A DNA stretch of 63,999 nt, the filler included, from Dirinaria sp. TL-2023a (lineage: Eukaryota), in NCBI GenBank assembly GCA_051941275.1. It is 4 parts of 4 records of this genome, joined end to end, with 100 filler letters (N's around TTAATTAATTAA, not from the genome) between each part and the next. Parts side by side here need not be neighbours in the genome. Positions count along the whole stretch, not along the records: positions 33,477 to 50,089 come from JAVEBF010000479.1; positions 50,190 to 63,999 come from JAVEBF010000650.1; 2 more parts are not named here. The stretch is one strand, 5' to 3'. The position numbers and the translations under genes were made by a program. Shown piece after piece: positions 49,040-61,129 of this stretch. Position 1 is the first letter of the stretch. Each line of letters starts with the position of its first letter. The notes beneath the pieces are model-generated. The model ran no database searches. It saw nothing but the letters and a program-made list of their open reading frames with translations, and had not been told where the DNA came from.

Positions 49040-50089
49040 GTTGGTCTTGTCACAAGTAACTAGCAAAAAAAAAAAAAAACTTTTTTTGAGGAAAGAGGCT
49101 CAATTGAAGTAGAACCCTCACGGCAAGTTTGGGATCGCTCCTGCATTCATGCCACAGCGACGAATGCATGTCAGCCAGTAAAAGGTTAGTACAAAGTAGA
49201 CCGCCTTTTGTCGTCACGTGCTGATCAAGTACCTGGGATTCGAACCGCAGGAGATGCGTGTCGTAATCTTCGTACATAAGCATTGTGCAACACAAAAGCA
49301 TCGTGCTGATCAATTAGGGCTCAGAATTCCTCCACACCTGCTTCATATCAAACCGACTTAAATCCGTGGTCGCGATGATCGTTTTCTCTTATGTAAACAG
49401 GTTGTTCGGGGCCAAATCATTAACGTGCTTACCATTGGAAATGATAGATGCCCACTATACCGACTGGCTGAAGATAAATTTCTGTTCGTCAGATTGGACG
49501 GACGGCAGCGCAAAAAGCTGACTTTACTTTCTGCCCTGTTCCAAATTCTGCGAATCAAGTATTCTATTGTGCGTTTAGAGAGAGCTCTCTGTGTTGAGAT
49601 AGCCTCGTCATTCCAGCAGCTGAGAAGAACGCTAGCGTCACCTCGGAGACATAGTCGCAAATGAATCTCTGGGCGTTGAGGTGCACGGGTGATCATCTTG
49701 CATGGTCTGACTTGAATAAAGCTAATCGCGGGTGGTAACAGGGGGCGGCCTCTGCCGTGTTTGATTATTTTAGGCGCCCGCTAAGCACCGATCCATCCCC
49801 TCCCCTGGTTTACATGGTTACCTAATTGCTTGTTACTTCTGGAGTCATCCACTGTTTCAGCATTTGAAAACCTCAAAGAATAGTATGATGTATGCAACAA
49901 AGGTATGAGAAAGTATCCAAGATTTTTCCAAGGCTTCTGGAGCACGCTCGCACGATAGAAGTTGTACATATTTTAACCCTCAAAAATCATGTCATGATCA
50001 TTCGAACAAGATCATCACAGTCTCAATTTGTTCTCTTGAATGCCTTGAGAAACAGCGAGCGATCAACCACCTGAAGCTAAGGAGGGAGG

Positions 50090-50189
50090 NNNNNNNNNNN
50101 NNNNNNNNNNNNNNNNNNNNNNNNNNNNNNNNNTTAATTAATTAANNNNNNNNNNNNNNNNNNNNNNNNNNNNNNNNNNNNNNNNNNNN
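50090..50189. other. Artificial assembly spacer
   Basis: N44-TTAATTAATTAA-N44. Confidence 0.97.
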
Positions 50190-50713
50190 CTTCCTGATCC
50201 TACTCCCTGCTTCGTTCCTCCCAATCCCCCAAATATCAAAAATCAAAAAAAAAAAAAAGTTTGCTCTTTCTCTCTGCTCTATACACGCAAAAAAAAGTTT
50301 CAAAACCCCCCATGACACCAAAAAAGGGAAAGGAAAAGAAAAGGGATTTGATTTGATTTTGAGTACCGCAATGCCAAGATAGATCCCTTTCTGCCGCTTT
50401 ATCTCCCGCGCAAGGGAGGGGAAGGGAAGGGAAGGGAAAAGGTGATAAAAGGAGAAGATGTAAATACGCCCAACCCCCCACTCCTCCTCCCTGCCTGGGG
50501 TGCCTGCCTGCCTGCCTTATGCACAGTAAAAAAGTTCGCTTGCCTTTTCCCACGCTCCTTTCCTTTCGCTCTTTTTCCTGCTTTTTTCTTTAAAAGAAAA
50601 TATATGATTGGATGGACGGATGGATGGATGCAACATTCCTCCCTCATTTTTACTTTCCCCTTTCCCTCTCCCCTTCACCGGTATCGATATGTATCTCAAA
50701 GTAATTCTGGTAG

Positions 50714-53700
50714 TTATTGTTCGTCCGGGAAATAAATCCCTTCCAACGAGACTTGATTCTCGTCCCTCCTATTGCCCTGACTCTTCCAGCTGCTCTTCTT
50801 CGCATCCCGCCGCTTCTTCATCTCCTCCCAGCCCTGCTCGTCATCGTCATCGTCGCTCGCCGTTTTCTTCACCTGTCGGATCCCACCACCCACCCCAGCA
50901 GCACCGGCTTTGTGGTTCAATTTCCCCGCCGTGCTCATGCTCATGCTGCTTCCTGGCCTGGAGGTCTCGTCGATCGCGGGAACCGAGATCGGGCGGTAAC
51001 GCGACGGCATGCCGACGTTGCTGCGCTCGGAGGGGGCAATGGAGGGGGTATAGCCGCTTTGGCCGGGGACTATCATGCTCGGTGCGGTGGGTCTGCCGTT
51101 CATGGGCATCGTCTGCCACTGCGGATGGCCGCCGGGTGTCATCATGCTCATTGCCCGTGGACCTTGCTGCACGGCTGCCGGAGAGCTAGGCGCGGAATGA
51201 GAGACTGGCCGTGGTATTTGCGCTGGAGGAGGCATCCCTTGCATGGCCATCTGTTGGTGGTGTTGGTGGTGGTGCTGTTGTTGCGGTTGAGGGGATAAGA
51301 AGCCGTTATTCGTTTGCGCCATTTGCATGTGCTGAGGTGGCATGGGCGGTTGCCCTGGCATGGGACCCATGGGAGGCTGCATGCCCTGCGCCATCATGCT
51401 CTGCATTGATTGCATCCACTGCATCTGCATCTGCATCATCTGGGTCATCTGCTGGGACATGTGGATTTGTGCTTCGTCTCCCGGAGAAAGCATTGGCGGC
51501 ATGCCCATCGTGGGCGGCATCATACCCTGAGGCATCGGACTGCCGAATCCACCTTGCGCGTTAGGGCTGCCTCGACGAGCGGCGCGCGCACGCTCTTCGC
51601 CTGCTATGACGCCGACAAGACCGGCAGGATGGGTGGGATGGGCTGTTGCTTGAGAGCCTCCGTAGGCCGAGCCAGGACTATGGCGATTGAAGCCGAGAGA
51701 CTCACGAGCGGAAGGATTGACCAGGCCGGCACCGAAGTAAGGGTCTGGAGGAAGGTTTTTAGCAAAGGGAGGTAAGCCTGGTCGGCCGCCTGCTGTGGAA
51801 CCACCAGCGGAGGACATGGGGGGAGGAGGGTAGGTTTCGCTTTGGTACTTGATCGAAGTGCCGGTGCTTGCAGATGGCGGTCGGTTCTTGGTCGGAAAGC
51901 CGTGTGCTGCCAGTATTCCGAGAGGCACCTCGTCGTCTTCGTCATCGCTCGCTTTGCTGGTTTCTGGAGGCTTGTCGAAGCTGAACGTAGGTGTCAGGGC
52001 TCGGGCCGCAGGAGCGGTTTGAGATTTCGTTAGCTCTGGCCGTAGATTCGGGAGCTCTGATGGCTGCTGTCCGGTAACCTTCATCATTTGCTGTCGGTAG
52101 ACTGCCAGATGTGCCTCTTGCTTCCGTCTTTCTTTTGCAAGTTCCTTCTTGCGCTCCTCTTCGTCTTCATCGTCGTAATGGTCGGAGTCCTCGCTGGAAT
52201 CATCGCTCTTCGTGTTGTCACTGGCTCTGCGCATGCTTTCCTGCTCTCTTCGATACCGTTCGAATTCTGCCGGAGTCATGACTTTATTTGAGCCCGTATT
52301 TGCAGGTGGAATGGGTTTCCGAGGCGGAGGCACCGATCGACTGGGACGTGGTGGAGACTTATCAAACAGCGAGCGCTCTTCTTCCGGCTGAGCCAAATCT
52401 AACTTCTTCGCGCGTGGCGTTGTCTCCGCTGAACCTTGGGTCCACCTTGTGTTCGATGCATCTCTATGAGGCCCATCGTGGAGTTCCACTGGCGTCTTCT
52501 GCCTCTCACTGTAGTTAGGAAGGCCAGGCAAAGCCGGGGATCTGACTGGAGATATTGTAGGCTGTCTTTCAAAACCCTCCTCATCCTCTCCGTACGAGTC
52601 CCTGTAGGAGTCGATGTAGGAGTCAAAGTCTCGGGACCGGCGATTGAGTCTTTGACTGGCCCGTATCGACTCCATGACCAGTCTCTCATCTTCATCCTGC
52701 AAAGGCAGTGAATCTCGCTTCAAGGGACGGCCACCAGTTCGTTGGAGCGTAGTTACCGGTTGAGACCCAGGTTGGTGTGAGCGACTTGAGGAACTTGTGT
52801 TGACAGGCAGTGTCTGAGAATGTAGGGGACGGTTATGCCTTGGCACTGGTGGACTGTCTTCGTAGTATTTCGCAGCCGGTATCGCTGGGCTAGCAGAAGA
52901 CATTAAGCCGTCTTGGGAGTTATCGCTGTTCTGCGAATACGGAGAAGAAACAATCTTGCTTGATCGGTCGATGTGTATTGGTGAAGGTGTGTTCGCGGGG
53001 CGGTCGCTGTAAGGCTTCACGGACATTCTGGAGCCGCCTGGAGACACGTTCTCCTACGGCCTGTCAGCAAGTCATCTTTAGCAAAGATAAGCGGTGTGGG
53101 ACGCCTTACAGGACTTTCCGTTCTCGGCGCATCCAGACCGATACGACTTACGTCTTGCTGGCTCCTTCTCTTGCCAACGTTATCGAACATAGTTCCAAAC
53201 CCATCGAGATCCGACATTCCAAAATCTAGACCTGTGTCCAGGATTTTGGGTGGTGTGGCAGTACTGCCGCTCGCATAGCTACTCTCGGTCAAAGCTCTTT
53301 CCCGCGTGGCATTTGTGTACGCTGGCGAATCTGAAACGTGCTGTGAGGAGGTCTGAGCTTTTTTCCTTCCGAACGAGAAGGTTCTTGCTCCAGCTCGGAA
53401 GGAGAGGGGATTTGAAGACGGTGTGGGTGGAATGGGTATGTTATCGGAGGTTTTAGGATGCGGACTGGGCCCGTCATCTAAGGCAATGTCTGTCGAAGAA
53501 GGAAGGGTGGAAGATGAACTATATCGCGCGGAAGCAGAGGAGTTATCATGTCCACTAGAAGCTGAATTGTTTGTTCCGCCGCTGCCCCTAAGGTACGTTA
53601 GCAATACGGCCTTCTGAGATCGCTTTTGACTTGCGCACCTGTTATTAGGATTACTATTAGGTATGCCGTCGTACATATGTTCCTCTGAGCGATATCCAGC

Positions 53701-53871
53701 GCTCAGCGGCCGCGCCTGGCTCATGCGTTTTAAAGAGTTCCCTCCATCGAAGGATTTGTGACTCGGGCGCTCAAACACACGGAATGAAGGTTCCGGGGGG
53801 TTCTCAACCTCTTCAAGCACATGTCCAGAAGACTTCCGACGTGGAAATGCTTTCGGGAGTTTAATCGGCAT
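50714..53871 (-). CDS. Conserved Pezizomycotina low-complexity (S/P/Q/M-rich) protein of unknown function
   Basis: ORFs 53017..53871 and 50714..53047 linked by introns; motifs RRKSSG, KVMTPAEFERYR, RRKQEAHLAVYRQQMMKVTG, DDEVPLGILAAHGFP, YTPSIAPSERSNVGMPSRYRP. Confidence 0.8.
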
Positions 53872-55210
53872 GAAGGCAGTGGTATCGAGCTGCTATTGGC
53901 AAAGAGAATGGATTTGTGTAGGCTTGTGGCGTGCTCGCGACCCAAGACGAGGCCGGCGTAAAAGGTGGCGGAATGAACCTCCGATCGTTCTCTAGAGCCA
54001 AGAAACTTTTGTCTTGACTTCTTCGTCCACCACCTGTTCTTCGCCTTTCCAAATACTCGAGATGCCAGTGGGAGAAGGAAGACAAGACAAGAAGTTCTCC
54101 CAGTGGGTGTGAGTGGATCGATTTCCTAGCGCATCCTTCGCAGTCCCGGCTTCGTGCAGGAGCCTGCACAAGCAGGTTGGGGAGGACGAATTGGCTCGTA
54201 GGCTGTACAGATAAAAGTCAATCAATTAGCAAGGTGCAATCAGAGCCAGTGTAAAAGACTTGGTGATACTGGGTAGCGGCTACAGGGGAGACGCTGGGCC
54301 GCTGAGGCGGAGGCTGAGGGGGGACAGTGTCCTAATATGAATCTGAAACAAGATGCAGCGAGTGTCTGGACGCACCCTGATTGGGATTGTATCTATTGAC
54401 GTAGTCGTGACGGTCTGCTGTCGCTGACCGGAGTCGAGACGAAGGGGCGTAGGTAGGTGTGTAGCTGAGGACTGAGTACCTTAGGTAGTCTGAGTGTTGC
54501 CGATGTGCTGAAAATAGGTCACAACAAAAGCGATCTGCAGCTAAGGGAGTAGAAGAAGTTTTGGGGTTACAGTAAGGTAGGTAGCAGCACCAGTCGTCGA
54601 AAGCACTGCACCAGCAAAACTCTCACCGACCAAAACGAGTGTAAGTATGTATTGAACAATTGAAAATGGAACAGTGGTAAGCAGCTGCTAAAAATGATAT
54701 GAGAGGCACTTGAGAAAAAATTTGTAAGAGTGTGAATGAAGATTGAACGAGTAGTAGGGCAGGGAAATGAGATAGTACTAACTCCGTATTCCTACTAGGC
54801 TTGTAGGGTCCTGGACTCCTGGGGGCCATGAGGTGTGGTGCATCACGGGGCCTCCTAGCCATACTTGGATGTACTTTTGCGGTACTCCGTACATTAGCCG
54901 GGGGCCCCGGGGGAGGCTGGTCGCCCCTGACTCCCAAGCTTGCATCTCAATTATGCAAATCCCGATGCGTGTTTGGCCGTAACTCCCAGTACGAGCTGCC
55001 AATCTCACACACACTCTCCGTACTCCGTATCGCTGATCGCACCCGAACATCGGCCCTCCCCAATTATGTACGGAGTACATCTAATTAAACCGTGCAGCTT
55101 ACCCCAGATTTCCCCAAGCCATGCTTTGATTCTGTGATCACGCGTTGATTGCATTATTATGGTGATGCTGCCATAACAAAATGTTGCCCTAATTTACCCT
55201 CTCTCACGCT

Positions 55211-56733
55211 ATGCTAACCTCGACATGGCTCTCACATGGCCTGCTGGCACTGACTACAATAAGTCAATGTAATGCAGAATCACACATGTACCATGACGTG
55301 CAGCATCCATTCAACGAGGAAAACTCTGCCTTCTCCGAAGATCCACTGCTCTCACTGCATCGGAATCTGGTGGAGATCCAGTCCATCACGGGCAACGAAC
55401 ATGATCTAGGCGAATACCTGCATGGGTACTTAGTCAAAAGTAATTTCACGGTCGAGAAGCAGCAGGTGGAGCAAGCTTCTAAGGCATGCGCGCAATCCCC
55501 GCCAGATTTAAGGAACGGGCAATCCAGGTTTAATCTCCTCGCCTACCCGGGCAGCAGCCGCAATACACGCATTCTCCTGTCAAGCCATTATGACACTGTT
55601 CCGCCCTTTTGGCCATACGAAGTGCGTGGCCAGGAGATCTGGGGACGTGGAAGTGTTGACGATAAAGCATGCGTAGCGACACAAATCATTGCGGTCGAGG
55701 AGCTCCTCGCATCCAATGAGATAGGCCCTGGAGACGTTGCGCTTCTCTTCGTCGTCGGAGAGGAGACCACTGGTGATGGGATGCGGCGTGCCAACGATCT
55801 TGGCTTAAGCTGGGAGACAGCCATCTTCGGTGAACCTACAGAGCTGAAATTGGCATCGGGACATAAAGGCCTTCTGCCTTTCACAATCAAAGCGACCGGT
55901 AAAGCTGCGCATAGTGGCTATCCCTGGCTTGGGGAGAGTGCAAACTCGATGCTCATTCCAGCCTTGGCAAAGCTGGACAGGATGCAGTTGCCGTGGAGCG
56001 AGAAGTACGGACCCTCGACACTGAATATTGGCAAGGTAGAGGGCGGCGTTGCAATGAATGTCATTGCAGAAACAGCTACGGCGGGAATAGCCATTCGAGT
56101 CGCGAACGGGACTGCCGAGCAGTTGAAGGAAATCATACTTGGTGCAGTCAGGGAAGTCGACGAGAGGTTGGAGGTCACCTTTTCTTCAAATGCCTACGGA
56201 CCGGTGGATATTGATCATGATGTTGAAGGTTCGAGCTCCGCTTCTATGTCAAGTTCTGTATTCGTGCTTCGTTCTTCGGTCCTGCGCCCCACCTACACCT
56301 AAATCCCAGGGTGACACAGGCTTTGGATCTCTATGATAGCGGTCTCCTGCCTTTTCGGAGGGTTGGACATACTAATCACTGAAGAAAGCGCTGTGATGAC
56401 ATCGTTGAAACACCCTTGTTCTTCGGTGTCTCCTATACTTTTGACACAACCAATTGAATGATATCGTCAGCTTTGGTTAATATTTCCTCATCATCAGTCT
56501 TGTGTTCAAAATCCTGTTGATCGTGGCTGACAATTCTCCTAGGCTTTGAAAGAGTAACGGTCAACTACGGCACTGATATCCCAAACCTGAAAGGTCTTCA
56601 CAAGCGCTACCTTTATGGCCCGGGTTCGATACTGGTGGCTCATTCAGACCATGAACATTTGACCGTTGGCAATTTGACCGCGGCGGTTGAGGGTTACAAA
56701 CGGATAGTGCGGCATGCCTTGAAGAAGAAATGA
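55211..56733 (+). CDS. Secreted/vacuolar M20-family metallopeptidase (ArgE/DapE-like), 2 exons
   Basis: Signal peptide, [34 protein letters not shown]; last exon [22 protein letters not shown] after an intron of about 313 nt. Confidence 0.92.
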
Positions 56734-58054
56734 TCCTAACGTAGGCACAAGACGATGTCGATGACGCCTCGAAGCACTTGTCATAGTAATATGGGTCCCT
56801 GGAAGAATTCTTCATCACCCAGTAACTTAAATATCAATGACACGCTGCTAAGATTCTCGAACGTTGAAGGTATCTTTTTTGCATCCAAACCCTCTTTCAT
56901 TCTCTTGCATATTGGGAAACGTTGCTTCATTTTCGAACGCAGCCAGCAGTGCGTCCGCATCTCTCGCTCGTTCTCCCTGCTTTCTCTTCAGCAGATACAG
57001 CCACCAATGTTCATGGCACACATTTTCCAATACATTCATGATCTCTACGACTTAATCCGAGGACACATTATGACGGGTTTTGGCTTCCGAGGCCTACTCG
57101 TGCTGTCAATGTTTAAGTATTATTCTCGAAGGATATTAATTGTCCGTTCGTCCGTTTCTTTGGAGTCAACGTTTCTTTACCTGATAAGGTACATTAAGGT
57201 AGGCTTGATAAGGTTCGGCGCAGCGAGTTTCGTGACTTCGTGCCAGGAGATTGGGGTATTGGGCTTGGCATGACTTAGGGTACGAGTACTTACGAGTACT
57301 GAGTTGGGCCGAGGGCCTTGGGAGTTGGGAGAGTCGGAGTGGGCCGGCATGGAAGGAGGGCGAGAGCCTATCAGCCTAGGTACCTTAGGTATCGTAGAGG
57401 GCCTCGGAAGCCGAGATGTGTCCTATCAGCGACCGTGCAGAGCAAATCGTCCCAATTGGGGACCCCCACCTCCCGGTCAATTGAATTCAGCCAGTTAAAG
57501 CACACACGCCACACCTTCAACCCCCCGACACCAGCCAGAATCAATGCCAGCAACAAGCACCTGGAACTACTTTACGCTCCATTCGCTCCACCCTCATTAA
57601 TATTATTCAACGACATTCAGATTACCTTATTCCCATCGATCACAATGGCAGATTCCGCCTCATTTTTCCTATCAACGAACCCGACTTTGCTCAGTCTCTC
57701 TCCATACGCCAACTGGATCCGCGTTCCTCGAATCGCAGGTTGGGCCGAGAGCAACCACAATGCGCGCCCTCAAGCTTCACGCCTCAACCGTCTGACTTAA
57801 TCTGCTCAGCGAAAGCTACTCTACCTTACGCATTCTTCCCAACGCTTTACTGAAAAGCATCCGCTTGCTCCCTTATATACTATAGAAGCCCGCATAACCT
57901 CCACATCCTCGATAATCTCACACCGCTGTTCCACCCGAGTCTCACTCTACGAAAAGCAAACGCGACAACTCTTGCGCGAAAGCCGGTGGCCTATCTTGGA
58001 TCTTCGATAACACCTACTGCTGCCCCAGTGGCAGCACCCTCTTCACAATCCACG

Positions 58055-59914
58055 ATGGAGTCTCGTGTGTCGGCTGCCGACGAGAAATCCCCTGGCCTGA
58101 ACTCCGAATCCTCACCGCATCAGTCCATTGGCGTTGTCGAGTCATGGGAGGAAGAAAAAGTGGACCAGCGTAACCTTCATCAGCGCGTGTGGGACAGCTT
58201 CAAGCGTGATCCAACGCTACATGCTACACCGCAAGGCGTCATCGGCTCAAATGGGAAGGTCTACGATGTCGAGAGCGCCGCCAGGGCGACAGCCGAATCG
58301 CCGCTCGCTCGGAAATTGAAAGGCCGGCATTTACAGATGATTGCCATTGGAGGATCAATAGGTACGGACCTACTTCGATCGTTTCGACGACGAGAGAGAT
58401 CACTTTTATAATATGGATCAATAGGTACTGGATTGTTTGTCGCCTCGGGTAAAACGCTTTCCCAGGGCGGGCCTGCGTCCCTGTTGATAGCATATTCGCT
58501 CATAGGGGCCATGCTCTACTGCACCGTCCATGCGTTGGGAGAGATGGCCGTCTTGTTCCCCGTTGCTGGTTCTTTTTCCGCCTACTCAACGCGTTTCCTG
58601 GATCCCGCATGGGGTTTCGCGATGGGGTGGAACTATGCCGTGCAATGGCTGGTGGCATTGCCCCTGGAGGTCGTCGCAGCCGCTATCACGGTGGAGTACT
58701 GGAACTCGGCTGTCTCTCCCGCCGCTTGGGTTACCATCTTCTTAACGCTCATTATCGGCATCAACCTTTTCGGTGTCAAGGGCTATGGTGAGGCGGAATT
58801 TATTCTGTCCATCATCAAGGTCATCGCCGTTATCGGTTTCATTGTACTTGGCATCATTCTCGATGTGGGCGGTGGAGAAAAAGGCTCCTATCTCGGTGGA
58901 CGCTATTGGTCTAATCCAGGGCCATTCAGCAATGGCTTTAAGGGTGTATGCTCGGTCCTCGTCACCGCCGCTTTCGCTTTTGCGGGGACTGAGCTTGTAG
59001 GTCTCGCCGCAGCGGAGACCGCAAATCCTAGAAAATCCCTTCCTACGGCCGTGAAGCAGGTGTTCTGGCGCATCTGCCTTTTCTACATCGTATCACTGAC
59101 CTTGGTCGGGTTATTGGTTCCGTACAATGATCCTCGCCTGATTGGCACCAGTTCGAGCGATGCCAAGGCGTCTCCCTTTGTTATCGCAATCAAGAATGCC
59201 GGTATTAAAGGCCTCGATTCGGTAATGAACGTCGTTATCATGCTTTCTGTGCTCTCAGTCGGCAATTCTTCCGTCTATGGCTCGTCGCGCACTCTGGCCG
59301 CCTTGGCAGAGCAAGGTCAGGCTCCTCGCATCTTCGCATACATCGATCGCCAGGGTCGGCCACTTGTCGCCATTGGAACTGCCTCCGTTTTAGGCCTGCT
59401 CGCTTTCCTCGCCGCATCCAAAGAGGGAAACACTGCTTTCATCTGGATGCAAGCGCTGAGCGGCCTCAGCAGCATTTTCACCTGGGGCTCCATCTGCCTT
59501 GCCCACATTCGCTTCCGCCGTGCCTGGCGTCTGCAGGGCTACACTCTCGAGGATCTCTCTTTCCGCTCCCAACCGGGCGTCATTGGTAGCTGGATCGGAT
59601 TTCTCTTCAACGTTCTCGTTCTAATAGCGCAGTTCTGGACCGGTTTTAGTCCAGTGAAGCCACCCGGTGGAGAGCCGGTGAAAGGAGCGCTGGCACTGAC
59701 TGGCAGCTTCTTCGAGGCGTATCTCGCCGCACCTATTGTACTGGTATTCTACGTAGGGTACAAGTTCTGGGCCCGCACCAAAGTGATGCGGTGCAGGGAC
59801 ATGGATTTGAGGACGGGAAGACGGGAGTTGAACCTGAGGGAGTTGGTGGCGGAGGAAGAGCTTGAGAGGAGGGGGTGGCCAAGGTGGAAGAAATGCTACA
59901 AGTTCCTTTGTTAG
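58055..59914 (+). CDS. GAP1: General amino acid permease (YAT/APC family)
   Basis: LKGRHLQMIAIGGSIG/TGLFV, FPVAGSFSAYSTRFLDPAWGFAMGWNY, FAFAGTELVGLAAAET.NPRK, SPFVIAI; about 12 TM segments. Confidence 0.88.
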
Positions 59915-61129
59915 GATGCGAGCAGCCTTTTTGTCTTGTCTCGAAATAGGACGGGAACGGGGTCTGTGAAGCTAATGTAAGATACGAATGCAACGGCTTG
60001 GGCAGGCAATGATTTGTTTTTTTGGCGAGGCGCTCCGGATCATGCCTAGGTAGGTACATATCGTGAGGTTTTTTTGGGGGGGGGGCTGCTTTTTTATCAT
60101 CGAGGACAGGTTCTGTAGTATCATCTCGGTCGGTAAATATCTAGAAATTTGTCTCTAATACATTGCATTCTATTGCAATCTATAAACCAAGAGAAGCTCA
60201 GGCAGACTCATCGATATCACCTCACCTTGTATTCACCAAAGCTACCTTACTTCCCTCCTCCCCCTTTCTGATTACCTCATCCGCTTCCGTCTGCCAACTG
60301 TTCTCCTCTGATCACCTCTGGCTTGCCTCTATTGGATCAAAGAGCCATCGAACGATACGGACGTTGAATGTCAGATATATCTGGGCTTATATAGATATTT
60401 CTGTTATATACGGAAGGTTCACTTGGCCATTGGTTTTCGGGAGATGTTAAGGCGGCTGGATATGATGGTCTAGGTAGATTTGGCTGATGTGATGGGTTTG
60501 AGGAAGAGATTTTTGAGGGACAAAGCATTTAGGGTTAAATTTAGGGTTCTGGGGGAGGTGAAAACGGCGCGACTAAGCAGGTCCCTCGGTCTTAGATTAT
60601 GAGGGACTGATTGTTCTCAAGCAAAGTATACTACATTATTTTTTACGCATCATGCACAAAGCTTTGGCTCCTTTGAGCGTGGACAGAGTCTTAGCCTTGG
60701 ATGTACTTCTGGTCAGTATATACGAGCACATGCTGCGATCCCTGATGTATAGCTGGCTGGGATGGAAGTTTGAAAAATCATAGCATACTCAGCGGAGCCA
60801 AAGTCTTGATCCGGAACTGTGCTGTCTTTGGCAGCTAATAAATGCTTCTGTACAAGTCTATGGAGCAAAAAGTGCCACGTATTGTGAGTTAAGGCAGATC
60901 GAGGCGATGCTGTTGGTGTGGGCACGCCGTTTTATCACTGGCTACATGGATACATAGGCTGCAGGTGCCGTTCGCCATCAGAATGTTCAGCCGAGCCACG
61001 TCAGGCTACAATTATTCTTCAAGAACGTACTAGGGACAACTAGATTTCGCTCATCGCCCTTACTACAGGTTTCTTCAGAAGACAATCATTCTAGACTAAT
61101 CTGGAAGATCGAGACCGAGAGGGGCTTCG

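Noticed and set aside
33477..50089. Fungal RiPP (dikaritin) precursor or other hidden core gene within the cluster contig
   Set aside because: I saw no signal-peptide ORF with KR-delimited repeats, no DUF3328 HxxHC protein and no terpene synthase DDxxD/NSE ORF; the intergenic gaps are short.
50190..50680. Purine/pyrimidine-rich low-complexity stretch with short ORFs
   Set aside because: It is simple sequence at a contig end, downstream of the 50714 gene, with no coding signature.
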